From Planctomycetota bacterium (GTDB taxonomy: Bacteria; Planctomycetota; JAMOSO01): DNA of 64,000 nt. The position numbers were made by a program, and so were the translations under genes. How positions within the stretch are numbered: position 1 is the first letter of the stretch; the number at the start of each line of letters is the position of its first letter. The stretch covers positions 26,243 through 90,242 of the forward strand of contig JAMOSO010000050.1 in NCBI GenBank assembly GCA_027063065.1. Direction: 5' to 3'. This document shows, in pieces, positions 50,032 to 62,293 of this stretch. The notes beneath the pieces were generated by a model, which was not told the DNA's origin, ran no database searches, and worked only from the letters and a program-made list of their open reading frames with translations.

Positions 50032-50047
50032 TCTGTGTAAACAGATT
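50030..50047 (+). promoter_or_regulatory. Palindrome aATCTGT-gtaa-ACAGATt between lysR and gltB. Either an LTTR box or a weak terminator hairpin.
   Basis: 7-bp perfect inverted arms with an ATC-N10-GAT core, followed by a T-rich run. It overlaps the lysR stop codon and ends 24 nt before the gltB ATG. Confidence 0.4.
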
Positions 50048-50070
50048 TATTTTTAAAGGAGTTATATTTT

Positions 50071-53000
50071 ATGGCAAACAACGGCATGCCAAACAAGCAA
50101 GGTCTTTACGACCCAAGCTACGAACACGACAATTGTGGTGTTGGTTTTTTAGTAAATATCAAAGGCAAAAAAAGCCACGATATAGTTAAAAATTCTTTAA
50201 TAGCACTGGATAGACTCGAACATCGCGGGGCTACAGGCTGTGAATCCAACTCTGGAGACGGCGCTGGTATCATGCTGCAAATTCCTCACGAGTTCTTTCT
50301 AAAAGTCTGTCCAGAACATAATATAGAATTGCCTGAACCGGGAGAATATGCTGTAGGTATGGTGTATTTACCTCAAAACTCATGGGATAGAGACGCTGTA
50401 GAAAAAATTATAGAACGCTTAATTCGCAAAGAATACCAATCACTATTAGGATGGCGTACCGTACCCACAAACAACGAAGACTTAGGCAAAAGCGCCACTC
50501 GCCATGAACCGTATATGCGTCAGGTTTTTGTTAAAAAAAATAAAAACATTAAAAATTCAATTGAATTTGAACGCGCGTTATATTTAATCCGTCGCCAAGC
50601 AGAAACAGAAATACGCAACTCAACTATCTCAGAACGCTCTTACTTTTATATGTCTAGCTTCTCAAGTAACACCATTGTCTACAAAGGGCAACTAATCGGT
50701 GGTACACAAGTAAAAAATTACTACCCTGATTTATCCGATGAAGATTTTAAATCTGCATTAGCAATGGTGCATTCAAGATTTTCAACCAACACATTCCCTT
50801 CATGGGAACGCGCCCATCCAAATCGTTTTATCGTACACAATGGTGAAATTAATACCATTCGCGGCAATGTAAATTATATGAAAGCTCGTGAATCGTTAAT
50901 GGAAGACATCGAAGCATGGGACGAAGAAGATACAGAAAAATTATTACCCATCATCGATGATTTAGGCTCTGATTCCGCACGTTTTGACAACACTTTTGAA
51001 TTTTTTGTACTAGCTGGGTATTCGCTAGAACACGCCTTAATGATGATGATTCCAGAACCTTGGGACAAGCACAAAAGTATGGATCCAGAACGCAAAGCCT
51101 TTTATCAATACCATAGTTGTTTAATGGAGCCTTGGGACGGCCCTGCTTCAATAGCGGTAAGTGATGGTAAAAAAATATGCGCTGTTTTAGATCGTAACGG
51201 ATTACGCCCAAGCCGTTATTATGTAACAAAAGACGATATGCTAGTTATGGCATCAGAAGTTGGTGTTGTAGATATTGAGCCAGACAACATAGCCTACAAA
51301 GGTCGCCTTGAACCTGGACGTATGTTTATGGTCGATACCGAAAAAGGCGAAATAATTCAAGACGATGAATTAAAAAAACAAGTTTGCTCTCAACGCCCTT
51401 ACAAAGAATGGATAGAAAAAAACATTTTAGACGTAGATACTTTAGAAGACAAAGCTACAAAAGCAGCCTACGATCACGATGAAGCAATAGTTAGAATGAA
51501 AGCCTTTGGTTTTAGTTACGAATTAATCAACACCATACTAGCACCAATGGCAACTGACGGTAAAGAAGCCTCTGGCGCAATGGGCGACGACACTCCTCAC
51601 GCTGTATTAAGTGATAAACCAGTTTTGCTTTACAACTATTTTAGACAATTATTTGCTCAAGTAACCAACCCACCGTTGGATGCAATACGCGAAGAAATTG
51701 TAACATCTACAACTACCTACTTAGGTGCAGAAGCCAACCCCGTACATCCAAGTGAAGCAAATTGCCATCGTATAAAATTTAATACACCCATTATCAGTGA
51801 TGATGCAATTGCTAAAATACGCAACATTAAGCATCCTCACTTTAGCAGTGCCACATTATCTATTTTATTTAATACTGCAGACGGTAGACGCGGAGTGCGA
51901 TCAGCCATCAAAGAACTATATAAACAAGCCGATGAAGAAATTGCCAAAGGCACTAATATTTTAATTTTAAGCGATAGAGGCTTTGCCAAAGACAGAGCTG
52001 GCATACCTGCATTATTGGCGGCATCTGGCTTACATCAACACTTGGTAAAAAATGGCACACGAACTCGCGTGGGCTTAGTCGTCGAATCCGCCGAACCACG
52101 CGAAATACATCACCTTGCTTGTTTAATTGGTTTTGGCGTTGATTTAGTTAATCCATACCTTGCCTTTGAAGCACTAGAAGACATGATTGAAACCAATGTC
52201 ATTAAAGATATCGATCATCAAACAGCTATCAAAAACTATATTAAAGCCGCCACTAATGGTATTGTTAAAGTAATGTCTAAAGTGGGCATCTCTACTATAC
52301 AGTCTTACCGTGGCGCACAAATATTTGAAGCTCTTGGACTAAGTTCAAATATTATTGAACGATATTTTACAGGCACTGCAAGTCGTATCGAAGGTGCCGG
52401 TTTAACTGTCTTAAGCGAAGAAGTTATCAGACGCCACAACTTAGCTTATGCACCTAGACAAGCATGGAGAACTACCTTAGAAACAGGTGGCAGATTTAAG
52501 TGGCGTGCAGATGGCGAAAGACATCTATTTAGTCCATCAGCCATCACCAAACTACAATATGCCACACGCACTGGTGATTATGATATTTATAAAGAATATG
52601 CATCAATTATAAATGACCAAGATAAAAAACTGTGTACTTTGCGTGGTTTATTTAAATTTAAATTCCGAAGTCAAAGCATACCAATCGACGAGGTAGAATC
52701 CGTTGAATCTATTGTAAAACGCTTTAAAACAGGTGCTATGTCTTACGGTTCAATATCAGAAGAAACCCACGAGTCATTAGCTATAGCTATGAACAAACTA
52801 GGTGGACGATCCAATACTGGCGAAGGCGGAGAAAATCCTAAACGATTCACACCTGATGCCAATGGAGATTCAAGACGCTCAGCCATTAAACAGGTTGCAT
52901 CTGGACGCTTTGGCGTAAGCAGTCATTACTTGGTAAATGCCGATGAAATACAAATTAAAATGGCGCAAGGGGCTAAACCCGGTGAAGGAGGACAATTACC

Positions 53001-54651
53001 CGGCTCTAAAGTTTATCCATGGATTGCCAAAACACGTGGCACAACAGCTGGCGTAGGCTTGATTTCACCCCCGCCTCACCATGATATATACTCTATTGAA
53101 GACATGGCAGAATTAATCCACGATTTAAAAAACGCCAATAATCAAGCGCGTATATGTGTTAAACTGGTTTCAGAAGTTGGTGTAGGAACAATCGCTGCTG
53201 GAGTTACCAAAGGTAAAGCTGATGTAGTCTTAATCTCTGGTAGTGATGGCGGCACAGGCTCTTCACCTTTAACTTCAATCAAATATGCTGGCCTACCTTG
53301 GGAGCTTGGTTTAGCCGAGACACACCAAACTTTAATGTTAAATAATTTACGCAGTCGCATTACAGTTGAAACAGATGGCCAACTTAAAACAGGGCGAGAC
53401 GTAGTAATTGCCGCCCTTTTAGGTGCTGAAGAATTTGGTTTTGCAACTGCCCCAATGGTTGTACTAGGTTGCGTAATGATGAGAGTATGTCATAAAAATA
53501 CTTGCCCTGTAGGAGTTGCAACTCAAAATCCAGAATTGCGCAAACGTTTTAATGGCAATCCTGATCATGTCGTTAATTATTTTCATTTTATCGCCCAGGA
53601 AGTACGCGAATATATGGCAAAACTAGGCTTTAGAACCATCGATGAAATGATTGGACGTTCCGACCTTATCAATCCTGACAATGCCAGTGAACACTGGAAA
53701 GCCGCTGGATTAGATATAAGTAATATCTTACATAGACCAGATGTTAGCGATGAGGTTGGTTCTTACAAACAAAGCGAACAGTACCACGGTTTAGATAAAT
53801 CGCTAGACAGCCGAGTATTAGTTGAGCTTTGTCAACCTGCTATTAAAAAAGGCAAACCAATTGAGGCCAATCTATACATCAATAATACTGATCGTGTAGT
53901 AGGAACCCAAGTCGGCGCAGAAATATCACGTAAATACGGTGCTGAAGGCTTGCCAGAAGACACTATAAAACTGAAATTTGAAGGACATGCAGGACAGTCC
54001 TTTGGCGCTTTTTGTCCTAAGGGAATGAGTATGCGCGTTGAGGGAGATACTAATGATTACTTAGGTAAAGGTCTTTCTGGCGCAAAATTAATTGTACATC
54101 CTCATAGAGATTCAGACTTAGTTAGCCATAAAAATATTGTAACAGGCAATGTTACTTTATATGGAGCAACCTCAGGCGAAGCCTATATTAGCGGAATTGC
54201 CGGCGAACGCTTTTGTGTGCGTAACTCTGGTGCTACTGCCGTTGTAGAAGGTATCGGCGATCACGGTTGCGAATATATGACAGGAGGTCGAGTAGTTGTG
54301 CTAGGTCCATGTGGACGTAATTTTGGTGCTGGCATGAGTGGTGGATATGCTTATATTTACGATGAAGACGGAACTTTTGCTAACGAAACCAATACTGAAT
54401 TAATAGACCTAGAAAAACTTATTGACGAAAAAGATATTGAAGAATTAAAAGAAATTATTCAAAAACATATTAAATATACCAAAAGTAAAATTGCTTCTGA
54501 AATCTTAGAAAATTGGGAAGCAAATCAAAGCAAATTTATAAAAGTAATGCCCATGGCTTACAAACGTATGTTAAAAGCATTTGAAACTGTTCGCGCCGAA
54601 GGCGTACCAGAAAAAGATGTTGAGCTTGTGGCCTTTGAGCGTTTCGCATAA
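50071..54651 (+). CDS. gltB: Glutamate synthase large subunit
   Basis: 1526 aa. N-terminal Ntn amidotransferase domain (CGVGF), FMN and 3Fe-4S domains, and the C-terminal GXGXG beta-helix. Confidence 0.96.
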   Translation: MANNGMPNKQGLYDPSYEHDNCGVGFLVNIKGKKSHDIVKNSLIALDRLEHRGATGCESNSGDGAGIMLQIPHEFFLKVCPEHNIELPEPGEYAVGMVYLPQNSWDRDAVEKIIERLIRKEYQSLLGWRTVPTNNEDLGKSATRHEPYMRQVFVKKNKNIKNSIEFERALYLIRRQAETEIRNSTISERSYFYMSSFSSNTIVYKGQLIGGTQVKNYYPDLSDEDFKSALAMVHSRFSTNTFPSWERAHPNRFIVHNGEINTIRGNVNYMKARESLMEDIEAWDEEDTEKLLPIIDDLGSDSARFDNTFEFFVLAGYSLEHALMMMIPEPWDKHKSMDPERKAFYQYHSCLMEPWDGPASIAVSDGKKICAVLDRNGLRPSRYYVTKDDMLVMASEVGVVDIEPDNIAYKGRLEPGRMFMVDTEKGEIIQDDELKKQVCSQRPYKEWIEKNILDVDTLEDKATKAAYDHDEAIVRMKAFGFSYELINTILAPMATDGKEASGAMGDDTPHAVLSDKPVLLYNYFRQLFAQVTNPPLDAIREEIVTSTTTYLGAEANPVHPSEANCHRIKFNTPIISDDAIAKIRNIKHPHFSSATLSILFNTADGRRGVRSAIKELYKQADEEIAKGTNILILSDRGFAKDRAGIPALLAASGLHQHLVKNGTRTRVGLVVESAEPREIHHLACLIGFGVDLVNPYLAFEALEDMIETNVIKDIDHQTAIKNYIKAATNGIVKVMSKVGISTIQSYRGAQIFEALGLSSNIIERYFTGTASRIEGAGLTVLSEEVIRRHNLAYAPRQAWRTTLETGGRFKWRADGERHLFSPSAITKLQYATRTGDYDIYKEYASIINDQDKKLCTLRGLFKFKFRSQSIPIDEVESVESIVKRFKTGAMSYGSISEETHESLAIAMNKLGGRSNTGEGGENPKRFTPDANGDSRRSAIKQVASGRFGVSSHYLVNADEIQIKMAQGAKPGEGGQLPGSKVYPWIAKTRGTTAGVGLISPPPHHDIYSIEDMAELIHDLKNANNQARICVKLVSEVGVGTIAAGVTKGKADVVLISGSDGGTGSSPLTSIKYAGLPWELGLAETHQTLMLNNLRSRITVETDGQLKTGRDVVIAALLGAEEFGFATAPMVVLGCVMMRVCHKNTCPVGVATQNPELRKRFNGNPDHVVNYFHFIAQEVREYMAKLGFRTIDEMIGRSDLINPDNASEHWKAAGLDISNILHRPDVSDEVGSYKQSEQYHGLDKSLDSRVLVELCQPAIKKGKPIEANLYINNTDRVVGTQVGAEISRKYGAEGLPEDTIKLKFEGHAGQSFGAFCPKGMSMRVEGDTNDYLGKGLSGAKLIVHPHRDSDLVSHKNIVTGNVTLYGATSGEAYISGIAGERFCVRNSGATAVVEGIGDHGCEYMTGGRVVVLGPCGRNFGAGMSGGYAYIYDEDGTFANETNTELIDLEKLIDEKDIEELKEIIQKHIKYTKSKIASEILENWEANQSKFIKVMPMAYKRMLKAFETVRAEGVPEKDVELVAFERFA

Positions 54652-54661
54652 GGAGAATGAA

Positions 54662-56170
54662 ATGGGAAAACCAACTGGATTTATAGAATTTCAACGTCAA
54701 TTACCAGAAGATCGCGCTCCAAAGGAACGCATCAAAGACTGGAAAGAATTTCATCTGCACTTAAGCGATGAAGAGATTCAAAAACAAGGCGCACGCTGTA
54801 TGGATTGCGGCATTCCTTTTTGTCATACAGGTATGAATATTGCGGGGGCAGCCTCTGGGTGTCCACTCAATAACTTAATACCTGATTGGAATGATTTAGT
54901 TTATCGCAACGAATGGAAAGATGCATATATGCGTTTAAGACGCACAAATAACTTTCCTGAATTTACAGGACGTGTATGTCCAGCGCCATGCGAAGGCGCA
55001 TGCACTGTCGGTATTAATTTACCGCCTGTTACTATTAAAAATCACGAAGTAACAATATCTGATAAAGCTTGGGAAGAAGAAAGAGTTCATCCTCATCCTC
55101 CAGAAATACGCACCAATAAAAAAGTAGCAATTGTTGGCTCTGGTCCTGCGGGATTAGCCGCAGCCGATCAACTAAATCAAGCAGGCCATATTGTAACCGT
55201 CTTTGAACGCTCCGATCGACCAGGCGGATTGCTAATGTATGGCATTCCTAATATGAAATTAGATAAGCGTGATGTAGTGCAACGCCGCACACGCTTAATG
55301 GCACAAGAAGGTGTTAAATTTATTACTAATTGTGAAGTAGGCGTTGACTATAGCGTCGAAAAATTAAAAGAAGAATTTGACGCTATTATTTTAACTATTG
55401 GCTCTACCAAAGGTCGAGATTTACCAATTGAAGGCCGCGATTTAAAAGGCGTACACTACGCTATGGAATTTTTAGCCAAAAATACAAAAAGCCTTTTAGA
55501 TAGCGAATTAAACGATAACAATTATATATCTGCTAAAGATAAAAATGTAGTTGTAATTGGTGGTGGCGATACAGGTACAGATTGCGTAGCTACAAGCATT
55601 CGCCATCAATGTAGTTCGTTGCGTCAACTAGAAATTATGCCTGAGAGCCCTAAAACGCGTAGCAAAAATAACCCTTGGCCAGAATATCCAAAAGTATTAA
55701 AAGTTGACTATGGACAGGAAGAAGCTACAGCCGTATTTGGTTCTGATCCACGCGAATACGAAACTATGACTCAAAAATTTGTAGGCGACGAAGACGGCAA
55801 CCTTAAAGAAATTCACACTGTACAAGTAAAATGGAATTTTCCTGCCAATGGCGGACGACCAACTCCAGAGCCAATACCTGGCACTGAAAAAGTAAAACCA
55901 GCCGATTTAGCTTTATTGGCAATGGGATTTTTAGGTCCAGAAGATCAGCTTTTAGAAAAACTAGGTGTAGATCGTGACCAACGCTCTAACATTAAAGCGG
56001 ATTATGGTGCTTTTACCACAAGTGTTGCAGGGGTTTTTGCCGCTGGAGACTCAAGACGTGGACAAAGCCTTGTTGTATGGGCCATCAATGAAGGACGTGC
56101 AGTAGCTAAAGCCTGCGATACTTATCTTATGGGTTCTTCAGATTTAACTGGTTACACACAAAATTATTAA
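54662..56170 (+). CDS. gltD: Glutamate synthase small subunit
   Basis: Internal start [10 protein letters not shown] with an AAGGAG SD. Fe-S cysteines and the FAD/NAD motif [14 protein letters not shown] are present. Confidence 0.93.
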   Translation: MGKPTGFIEFQRQLPEDRAPKERIKDWKEFHLHLSDEEIQKQGARCMDCGIPFCHTGMNIAGAASGCPLNNLIPDWNDLVYRNEWKDAYMRLRRTNNFPEFTGRVCPAPCEGACTVGINLPPVTIKNHEVTISDKAWEEERVHPHPPEIRTNKKVAIVGSGPAGLAAADQLNQAGHIVTVFERSDRPGGLLMYGIPNMKLDKRDVVQRRTRLMAQEGVKFITNCEVGVDYSVEKLKEEFDAIILTIGSTKGRDLPIEGRDLKGVHYAMEFLAKNTKSLLDSELNDNNYISAKDKNVVVIGGGDTGTDCVATSIRHQCSSLRQLEIMPESPKTRSKNNPWPEYPKVLKVDYGQEEATAVFGSDPREYETMTQKFVGDEDGNLKEIHTVQVKWNFPANGGRPTPEPIPGTEKVKPADLALLAMGFLGPEDQLLEKLGVDRDQRSNIKADYGAFTTSVAGVFAAGDSRRGQSLVVWAINEGRAVAKACDTYLMGSSDLTGYTQNY

Positions 56171-56186
56171 TTTAATTAATTACTAT

Positions 56187-56216
56187 TAAAAAAGCCTGCT
56201 TTTAGCAGGCTTTTTT
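56187..56216. terminator. Bidirectional rho-independent terminator (gltD / rhodanese convergent pair)
   Basis: aaaaaagcctgc-tttta-gcaggctttttt: an 8-bp GC-containing stem flanked by an A run and a T run. Confidence 0.75.
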
Positions 56217-56236
56217 AATGAGATAAATAACTAATA

Positions 56237-56785
56237 TTATTTATATATCAACTTTGAGTTTATATGATAAGTCCAAGGCAAACCTTCATTACGCCACCCA
56301 CCTAGTTTGCGTTGACCGTTAAAAATACTATTTACGTTTTTGACCTTACCGCCTTCAAAACCGCCTAACATATTAAACAATTTTGATTTATCCCATCCAG
56401 TCTTAAGCAATGCAGCATAAGCCTTAGCACTTCTTTTGCCACTGCGACACATCACAATTAAAGTATCAGTTTTAATATCAAAACGGGACATAACAGCTTT
56501 TACAAAATCAGCATTTAATTGCTTAGTGTATTTTTTACCTGAAAACTTATTAGTCCAAAACATATAAGGAATATTGTATGCGCCTACTGAATGACCAACC
56601 ACTTGATACTCGGGTCTTGTTCTTACATCAATTATAAATGTATGCTTAGAATTTTGCTTAACCTTTTGCAAGGCTTGACTAGGTGTAATATTTGCACCTT
56701 GAACTTTAACCGAATAATTAAACCCATCGGCTAAAGCTACAGCCGTCAACAATGATAAAAACATACATAATACACTTTTCTTCAT
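56237..56785 (-). CDS. Secreted rhodanese-domain sulfurtransferase-like protein
   Basis: Signal peptide. Rhodanese fold with the active-site loop CRSGKRS. Confidence 0.7.
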   Translation of the reverse strand: MKKSVLCMFLSLLTAVALADGFNYSVKVQGANITPSQALQKVKQNSKHTFIIDVRTRPEYQVVGHSVGAYNIPYMFWTNKFSGKKYTKQLNADFVKAVMSRFDIKTDTLIVMCRSGKRSAKAYAALLKTGWDKSKLFNMLGGFEGGKVKNVNSIFNGQRKLGGWRNEGLPWTYHINSKLIYK

Positions 56786-56805
56786 AGTTACTCCCTTTTA
56801 ATAAA

Positions 56806-57414
56806 TTATTCAGCAAAATTATTTATATATGGCAATGATTTGGCTTTTTCGGCAACCTTGTCAGCATTTACCAATAAACCTGCTCTAGCGTTCCAACTGC
56901 CATCCATAAACTGTCCTCGAGGACCATCGGCCAAAATTAAATTTAGTTTCAAATCACCCATAGTCAAAGTTTTATTTTCAATGCTTAGTTCTATTTCTTG
57001 AGATGGATTTGCCTCTATCGCTGTTAAAAGTTTCTCAGCACCCTTATGATCGATTTTAAAACAAGGCACACCTAAAGACACACAGTTACCAAAGAAAATT
57101 TCAGAATAACTTTCTGCCACAATAGCCTTAATGCCCCACCTTACTAAAGCTTGCGGAGCATGTTCGCGGCTCGAACCACAACCAAAATTAGAATTAGACA
57201 CCAAAATACTACCATTTTGATATACAGGCATTCTAAATGGGTGTTCTTCGCCTTTCTCTTTTAAAGCAGCTATATCATCGGCAAAGGCATTTTCACCAAG
57301 GCCATCAAAAGTTACGCATTTTAAAAAACGGGCGGGTATAATCCTATCCGTGTCAATATCATTACCTCGCAAAGGTACACCACTGCCTTTTACTGTTTTA
57401 ATTTCAACTATCAT
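56806..57414 (-). CDS. leuD: 3-isopropylmalate dehydratase small subunit
   Basis: 202 aa, aconitase swivel domain. Coupled to leuC by a 4-nt overlap. Confidence 0.88.
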   Translation of the reverse strand: MIVEIKTVKGSGVPLRGNDIDTDRIIPARFLKCVTFDGLGENAFADDIAALKEKGEEHPFRMPVYQNGSILVSNSNFGCGSSREHAPQALVRWGIKAIVAESYSEIFFGNCVSLGVPCFKIDHKGAEKLLTAIEANPSQEIELSIENKTLTMGDLKLNLILADGPRGQFMDGSWNARAGLLVNADKVAEKAKSLPYINNFAE

Positions 57415-58817
57415 AGGTACTCCCTTATATCTGCTACTTTGCCTTCTAGGGCAGCTACTGCCACCATTGCTGGACTCATCAATAATGTACGGCCAGTTGT
57501 CGAACCTTGACGACCTTTAAAATTACGATTAGAAGTTGATGCCGCTATCTCACGACCTTTTAATTTGTCGGGATTCATAGCTAAACACATAGAACATCCA
57601 GCTTGACGCCATTCAAAACCTGCGTCTGTAAATATTTTATCTAAACCTTTTGCCTCGGCTTCTTTTTGCATCTGTTGCGACCCTGGCACAGCAATAGCCC
57701 TAATACCTGAGGCTATCTTTTTACCTTTTAAAATGTCGGCGGCAATTTCAAAATCACTGATGCGTCCATTAGTGCAAGAGCCTATAAAACACACATCAAT
57801 ATCAACACCTTTAATGTCTTGTCCCTCTTTAAAACCCATATATTCATAAGCTTCGGATAAAACTAAATGTTCACTTTCATCAAAACTTGTAATTGCTGGT
57901 AATTTTTCATCAATTTTAACACTTTGAGCAGGTGTAATGCCCCAAGTTACATATGGATCAATATCGGCACCATCAATAATTACAATATCGTCAAACTCAG
58001 CATCTGCATCACTTGCTATGCTATTCCAATAGGCTACTGCCCTATCCCAAGCATCACCCTTAGGACTATATGGTAAATCTTTTAAATAATCATAGGTCGT
58101 TTGATCTGGATTAATATAACCACAACGAGCACCGCCTTCTATTGCCATATTGCAAATAGTCATACGCTCTTCCATGCTCATATTCTCAATCATCTCACCG
58201 CAAAATTCATAAGCGTAACCAACACCACCTTGTACACCAAGTTTATTGATATAAGCTAAGGCAACATCTTTGGCGTAAACACCTTTTTTCATCTTGCCAG
58301 TAAATTCAATTTTACGAACCTTTAGCTTACTTGCTGCCATTGTTTGGGTAGCCAAAACATCAGCAACTTGTGATGTTCCAATACCAAATGCAATGGCTCC
58401 AAAAGCTCCGTGAGTAGCTGTGTGAGAGTCTCCACAAGCTATTGTCATACCTGGTTGAGTAACGCCCTGCTCTGGCATTACAACATGAATTACACCCTGT
58501 TGACCTTTTTCTGGACCAAAAAATGTTATGCCATTTTCAGCAGAGTTTTTTTCGATATGGGTAAACATTTCTTCACTAATCTTATCTTGCAAAGGGCGTT
58601 GACGAGCCTCAATAGTCGTTGGGATAATATGATCTACTGTTGTAAAAGTCCGCTCTGGATAAGCAACTTTTAATCCATTTTCACGCAACATGGCAAAAGC
58701 CTGAGGTGAAGTTACTTCATGACACATATGTAAACCAATAAATAATTGATCCTGACCCGAAGGCAATTGACCAACCACATGGCTATCATATAACTTATGG
58801 TACAAATTCTGTCCCAT
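57411..58817 (-). CDS. leuC: 3-isopropylmalate dehydratase large subunit
   Basis: The N-terminus [24 protein letters not shown] is LeuC-like. Fe-S cysteine ligands are present. AGGAG SD. Confidence 0.9.
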   Translation of the reverse strand: MGQNLYHKLYDSHVVGQLPSGQDQLFIGLHMCHEVTSPQAFAMLRENGLKVAYPERTFTTVDHIIPTTIEARQRPLQDKISEEMFTHIEKNSAENGITFFGPEKGQQGVIHVVMPEQGVTQPGMTIACGDSHTATHGAFGAIAFGIGTSQVADVLATQTMAASKLKVRKIEFTGKMKKGVYAKDVALAYINKLGVQGGVGYAYEFCGEMIENMSMEERMTICNMAIEGGARCGYINPDQTTYDYLKDLPYSPKGDAWDRAVAYWNSIASDADAEFDDIVIIDGADIDPYVTWGITPAQSVKIDEKLPAITSFDESEHLVLSEAYEYMGFKEGQDIKGVDIDVCFIGSCTNGRISDFEIAADILKGKKIASGIRAIAVPGSQQMQKEAEAKGLDKIFTDAGFEWRQAGCSMCLAMNPDKLKGREIAASTSNRNFKGRQGSTTGRTLLMSPAMVAVAALEGKVADIREYL

Positions 58818-59018
58818 GGTACTCCTAAAAAAATAAAAGGAAATTTAAACAAGTTAAACAAATATTATAAAGATTTAAATGTATAGTTACAAATATAGAG
58901 ACGATAAGTTATATAAAATAAATCCCCTCATTTATGATTCGCAAAGACACACAGGAAAAAACACCACGAACAATCTGATATTTTACAAGTCTATAGGCAA
59001 ATGCTACTTCAACGCTTT

Positions 59019-59807
59019 TTATAAATCTACCAATTTAATATCATTCATTGAATTATGCCAAAAGTAAGCACCAACCCTTTTAAAACGCTCCAAACTATCA
59101 GTAACTAAAAAAGTAGTTTTGCCACTTCCGATGCCACGATAAGTATTGGCGATACGCGAAGCTGTTGTATCGGCAGAGTTAACAATATTTAATGAAGGGT
59201 ATAGCTGTCTAATCGTTTTCGTAAAAACAGGAAAATGCGTACATCCAAGGACTAAGGTTTCTATATCCTGATAAATTAACGAATCAATATATTTACTTAA
59301 GATTTTTTCAACAATTTCCCCATCGTGCCAACCCTCTTCTGCCAAAGCCACCAACAATTGTGCAGGTGCCGAAACAACTTTTGCCGATGGTTCCATTGTA
59401 TGAATAGCATCGGCATACGCTCCTTGTCTAACAGTTGCTTCTGTAGCTAGGACGCCTATAGGCTTTATGAACCACCTATTACAAACCACCTCGATAGCAC
59501 CTGGCAAAATTACCCCAAAGATAGATACATTTTTACATCTTTGCTCTAAGCAATTAATCGCCACTGAAGAAGCCGTATTACAAGCTACCACAATAATATC
59601 TATCTTATACTCCAACAAAATCTCAACTGCTTGTAAAGCATAATTTATTACTGTTGTTGGGCTTTTAGTGCCGTATGGCAAACGCGCTGTATCTCCTAAA
59701 TAAATCAAATTAACATCGGGCATATATTGACGTAAAGATTTTAAAACTGTTAGTCCTCCCATCCCAGAATCAAACACACCTATTGTACTAATATTTGGGA
59801 CGCTCAC
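59019..59807 (-). CDS. murI: Glutamate racemase
   Basis: Motifs GVFDSGMGGLTV, ACNTAS and GCTHFP. Confidence 0.92.
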   Translation of the reverse strand: MSVPNISTIGVFDSGMGGLTVLKSLRQYMPDVNLIYLGDTARLPYGTKSPTTVINYALQAVEILLEYKIDIIVVACNTASSVAINCLEQRCKNVSIFGVILPGAIEVVCNRWFIKPIGVLATEATVRQGAYADAIHTMEPSAKVVSAPAQLLVALAEEGWHDGEIVEKILSKYIDSLIYQDIETLVLGCTHFPVFTKTIRQLYPSLNIVNSADTTASRIANTYRGIGSGKTTFLVTDSLERFKRVGAYFWHNSMNDIKLVDL

Positions 59808-59911
59808 TTAAATCTCCAATTCAAAATAAACCTTTACTTCATAAACCATTATTTATACTGTATTTGTGTTAGGTTTGCATTATTTTTATACAGGATTTTA
59901 TTACAAAAAGA

Positions 59912-60793
59912 ATGAAAATAACAAATATCACATTCATACTGATATTATCTATTGCTAGCGATGTTTTAGCTGGCTATACCGTTACTGATGCAGCAAGACG
60001 CAGAGTATTTTTTAATTATCCACCAACTAGAATAATATCTCAACTGCCATGTGCAACAGAAACAATCTTTGCAATTGGGGCTAGCAAAAGACTAATTGGT
60101 GTTACACAATCTTGTGTGTTTCCGCCAGAAGCCCAAGAAAAAATTTGTATTGGCAGTAAAAACAATCCCAATCTTAAAATGATAATTTCACTAAAACCAG
60201 ATTTAGTATTTATCAACAAAAACATACACACATCAAGATTAATTAGACTGTACAGCCAATTTGGCATAAACGTAATTGTTATTAACCCAATTAACTATCA
60301 ACATATTTTAGCATCTATAATTTTAGTTGGCAAAGCCTGTCATTTAGACGAAAGAGGCAAATACATATCAAGAAAACTTGCTAAAATATGTTTAAAAATC
60401 AAAAATAAAACTCTAAACGAAACAAAACCTAGAGTATTATTTTGCACATCTATCAATCCAATTATAGCCGCAAGACCTAACACCCTATATGACAATCTTA
60501 TAAATTTAGCAGGAGCTAAAAACGCTATTGGATACGGGGATTATACATACCCAAAATTAACCGCAAATGACTTAGAATTATGCAATCCAGATATTATTAT
60601 AACACCATCTAAAACAGCTAAAGAAAATTTAGCTAAATTGATAAAAAAATGTCCCAATATAAATGCAGTAAAACAAAACAAAGTCTATATAATCAACCAC
60701 GATTATATTTATCAAACTGGCCCTAGTTTGTTTTTGGGACTATTGGAAATGACTGAAAAAATTCACAATATTAAAATAGATTTAGAAAAATAA
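59912..60793 (+). CDS. ABC-type periplasmic substrate-binding protein, class III (BtuF/FecB-like). Orphan.
   Basis: Signal peptide. Motifs RIISQLPCATETIFAIGA and KPDLVF are typical of siderophore/cobalamin-binding proteins. No cognate permease or ATPase gene is adjacent. Confidence 0.7.
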   Translation: MKITNITFILILSIASDVLAGYTVTDAARRRVFFNYPPTRIISQLPCATETIFAIGASKRLIGVTQSCVFPPEAQEKICIGSKNNPNLKMIISLKPDLVFINKNIHTSRLIRLYSQFGINVIVINPINYQHILASIILVGKACHLDERGKYISRKLAKICLKIKNKTLNETKPRVLFCTSINPIIAARPNTLYDNLINLAGAKNAIGYGDYTYPKLTANDLELCNPDIIITPSKTAKENLAKLIKKCPNINAVKQNKVYIINHDYIYQTGPSLFLGLLEMTEKIHNIKIDLEK

Positions 60794-60794
60794 T

Positions 60795-61985
60795 ATGCTC
60801 ATATATATGTACTTATGTTGCGCTTTAATAGTGGCATGGATTGCTGGTCGTACAGCCGTAAAATTTGGACTACCTGATTTTTTAGGTATTTTAATCATCG
60901 GTATAGCCTGCGCGCCGTATTTACCTCATATTGCAATCTCATCTCCTGCTAGAACTTTTGCATTAATAGTAATTTTATTGCGCGCTGGGCTAGGAATGAA
61001 CAGCAATACTATACGTTTAATAGGTTGGCCCGCTATTAAATTAGGTTCGATACCATGTTTAACCGAAGGATTTACCATTACACTGATAGCGCCCTATCTG
61101 TTGCCAATTAATTATTTAGAAGCTATGTGCTTGGGCTTTGTCATTGCGGCTGTTAGCCCTGCCGTGATTGTGCCGGCTATGCTTGAATTTTCATCAAAAG
61201 GAGTAGGGCAAAAAAAACAAATACCAAATTTAGTTTTAGCTGGAGCATCATTAGATGATATTTTTACCCTGACAATTTTTGGAGCAACCATTAATGCATT
61301 AAGCACAGGTCAAGATATTTCATTTAGTGATATGTTAGTTTCAATACCTACACAAATCTTAATAGGCATTATTATAGGACTTGGCACCGCATGGATACTT
61401 CATAAAATATATGCCAAAATACCAAAGCAATTCTTTGTGCTGATAAGCTGTTTAATAGCTTCTGGATTTTTATATTGGCTAGAAAAACAACATCTTTTTC
61501 CGATGACGTCTTTACTTGGTATTATGGCAATTGGTTTTTACCTCAACGAGCATAGTCCACATGCCAAACCATTATCTAACTCATTAAACTCTATCTGGAA
61601 TTGGGTTAAAATCTTATTGTTTTTCTTTATCGGTACAGAAGTTAATATTTCATCTGCCATTAATGGCGGGCTAATAGGTATTGCTATAATCGCCATTGGC
61701 TTGATGGGACGCAGTATCGGTATGTGGGTTGCATTATTAAAAACCAATTTAAGCAACAAAGAAAAACTATTTTGCTTAATTTCCCATATCCCAAAAGCTA
61801 CTGTGCAAGCTGCCATCGGTGCTGTTGCTTTAACCTTAGTTACTAATGGCACTATTAAGCTAAGCAATGGAATAGCAACTGGAGAATTAATTTTAAACTT
61901 AGCCGTATTAAGCATATTAATAACAGCACCAATTGGATCTGTATTAATATCTAAATTTGGTGAAAGACTATTAAAATCTAACTAG
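60795..61985 (+). CDS. Cation/proton antiporter (Na+/H+ exchanger family)
   Basis: 396 aa with 11-12 TM helices and a Na_H_Exchanger-like topology. Confidence 0.7.
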   Translation: MLIYMYLCCALIVAWIAGRTAVKFGLPDFLGILIIGIACAPYLPHIAISSPARTFALIVILLRAGLGMNSNTIRLIGWPAIKLGSIPCLTEGFTITLIAPYLLPINYLEAMCLGFVIAAVSPAVIVPAMLEFSSKGVGQKKQIPNLVLAGASLDDIFTLTIFGATINALSTGQDISFSDMLVSIPTQILIGIIIGLGTAWILHKIYAKIPKQFFVLISCLIASGFLYWLEKQHLFPMTSLLGIMAIGFYLNEHSPHAKPLSNSLNSIWNWVKILLFFFIGTEVNISSAINGGLIGIAIIAIGLMGRSIGMWVALLKTNLSNKEKLFCLISHIPKATVQAAIGAVALTLVTNGTIKLSNGIATGELILNLAVLSILITAPIGSVLISKFGERLLKSN

Positions 61986-62292
61986 ATGATAAACGGCTTT
62001 GCAAATCTGCCTTTTTGCTAGCAAAAGCGCGTTTCATCTCAGGTATCAAACCGTTGAGCATCGCTTCAACTATCTTATCATCACTATTTGCTGGGATAAA
62101 GCCTTGCTCCATAGCATTGTGGCACATATAGCGCCCAAAAGTGGCTGCTAGCACGCCAAAACCACGATTAATATGATCTTCCCGCGCTTCAAAACTACCA
62201 TTGAGACCCTTACCTGGAGCAGCCTGATGGTATTTGCTTATGGCTGTTTCTATCTCAATAAAAAAACGCTCTTGGTCTGTTAAATTTTCCAT
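61978..62292 (-). CDS. Hypothetical protein
   Basis: About 104 aa from the internal Met MENLTDQERFF (the tool ORF extends to 62331). Soluble, no homologue I recognise. Tightly coupled to the upstream gene. Confidence 0.4.
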   Translation of the reverse strand: MENLTDQERFFIEIETAISKYHQAAPGKGLNGSFEAREDHINRGFGVLAATFGRYMCHNAMEQGFIPANSDDKIVEAMLNGLIPEMKRAFASKKADLQSRLSSS

Positions 62293-62293
62293 T

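Noticed and set aside
50874..51229. Minus-strand ORFs inside gltB, and 53142-53360
   Set aside because: Antisense to gltB. No features.
58879..59067. 62-aa plus-strand ORF in the leuC upstream region
   Set aside because: Composition matches AT-rich intergenic DNA. It overlaps the murI 3' end. I checked the minus-strand leader for a T-box or a Leu-rich leader peptide and found neither.
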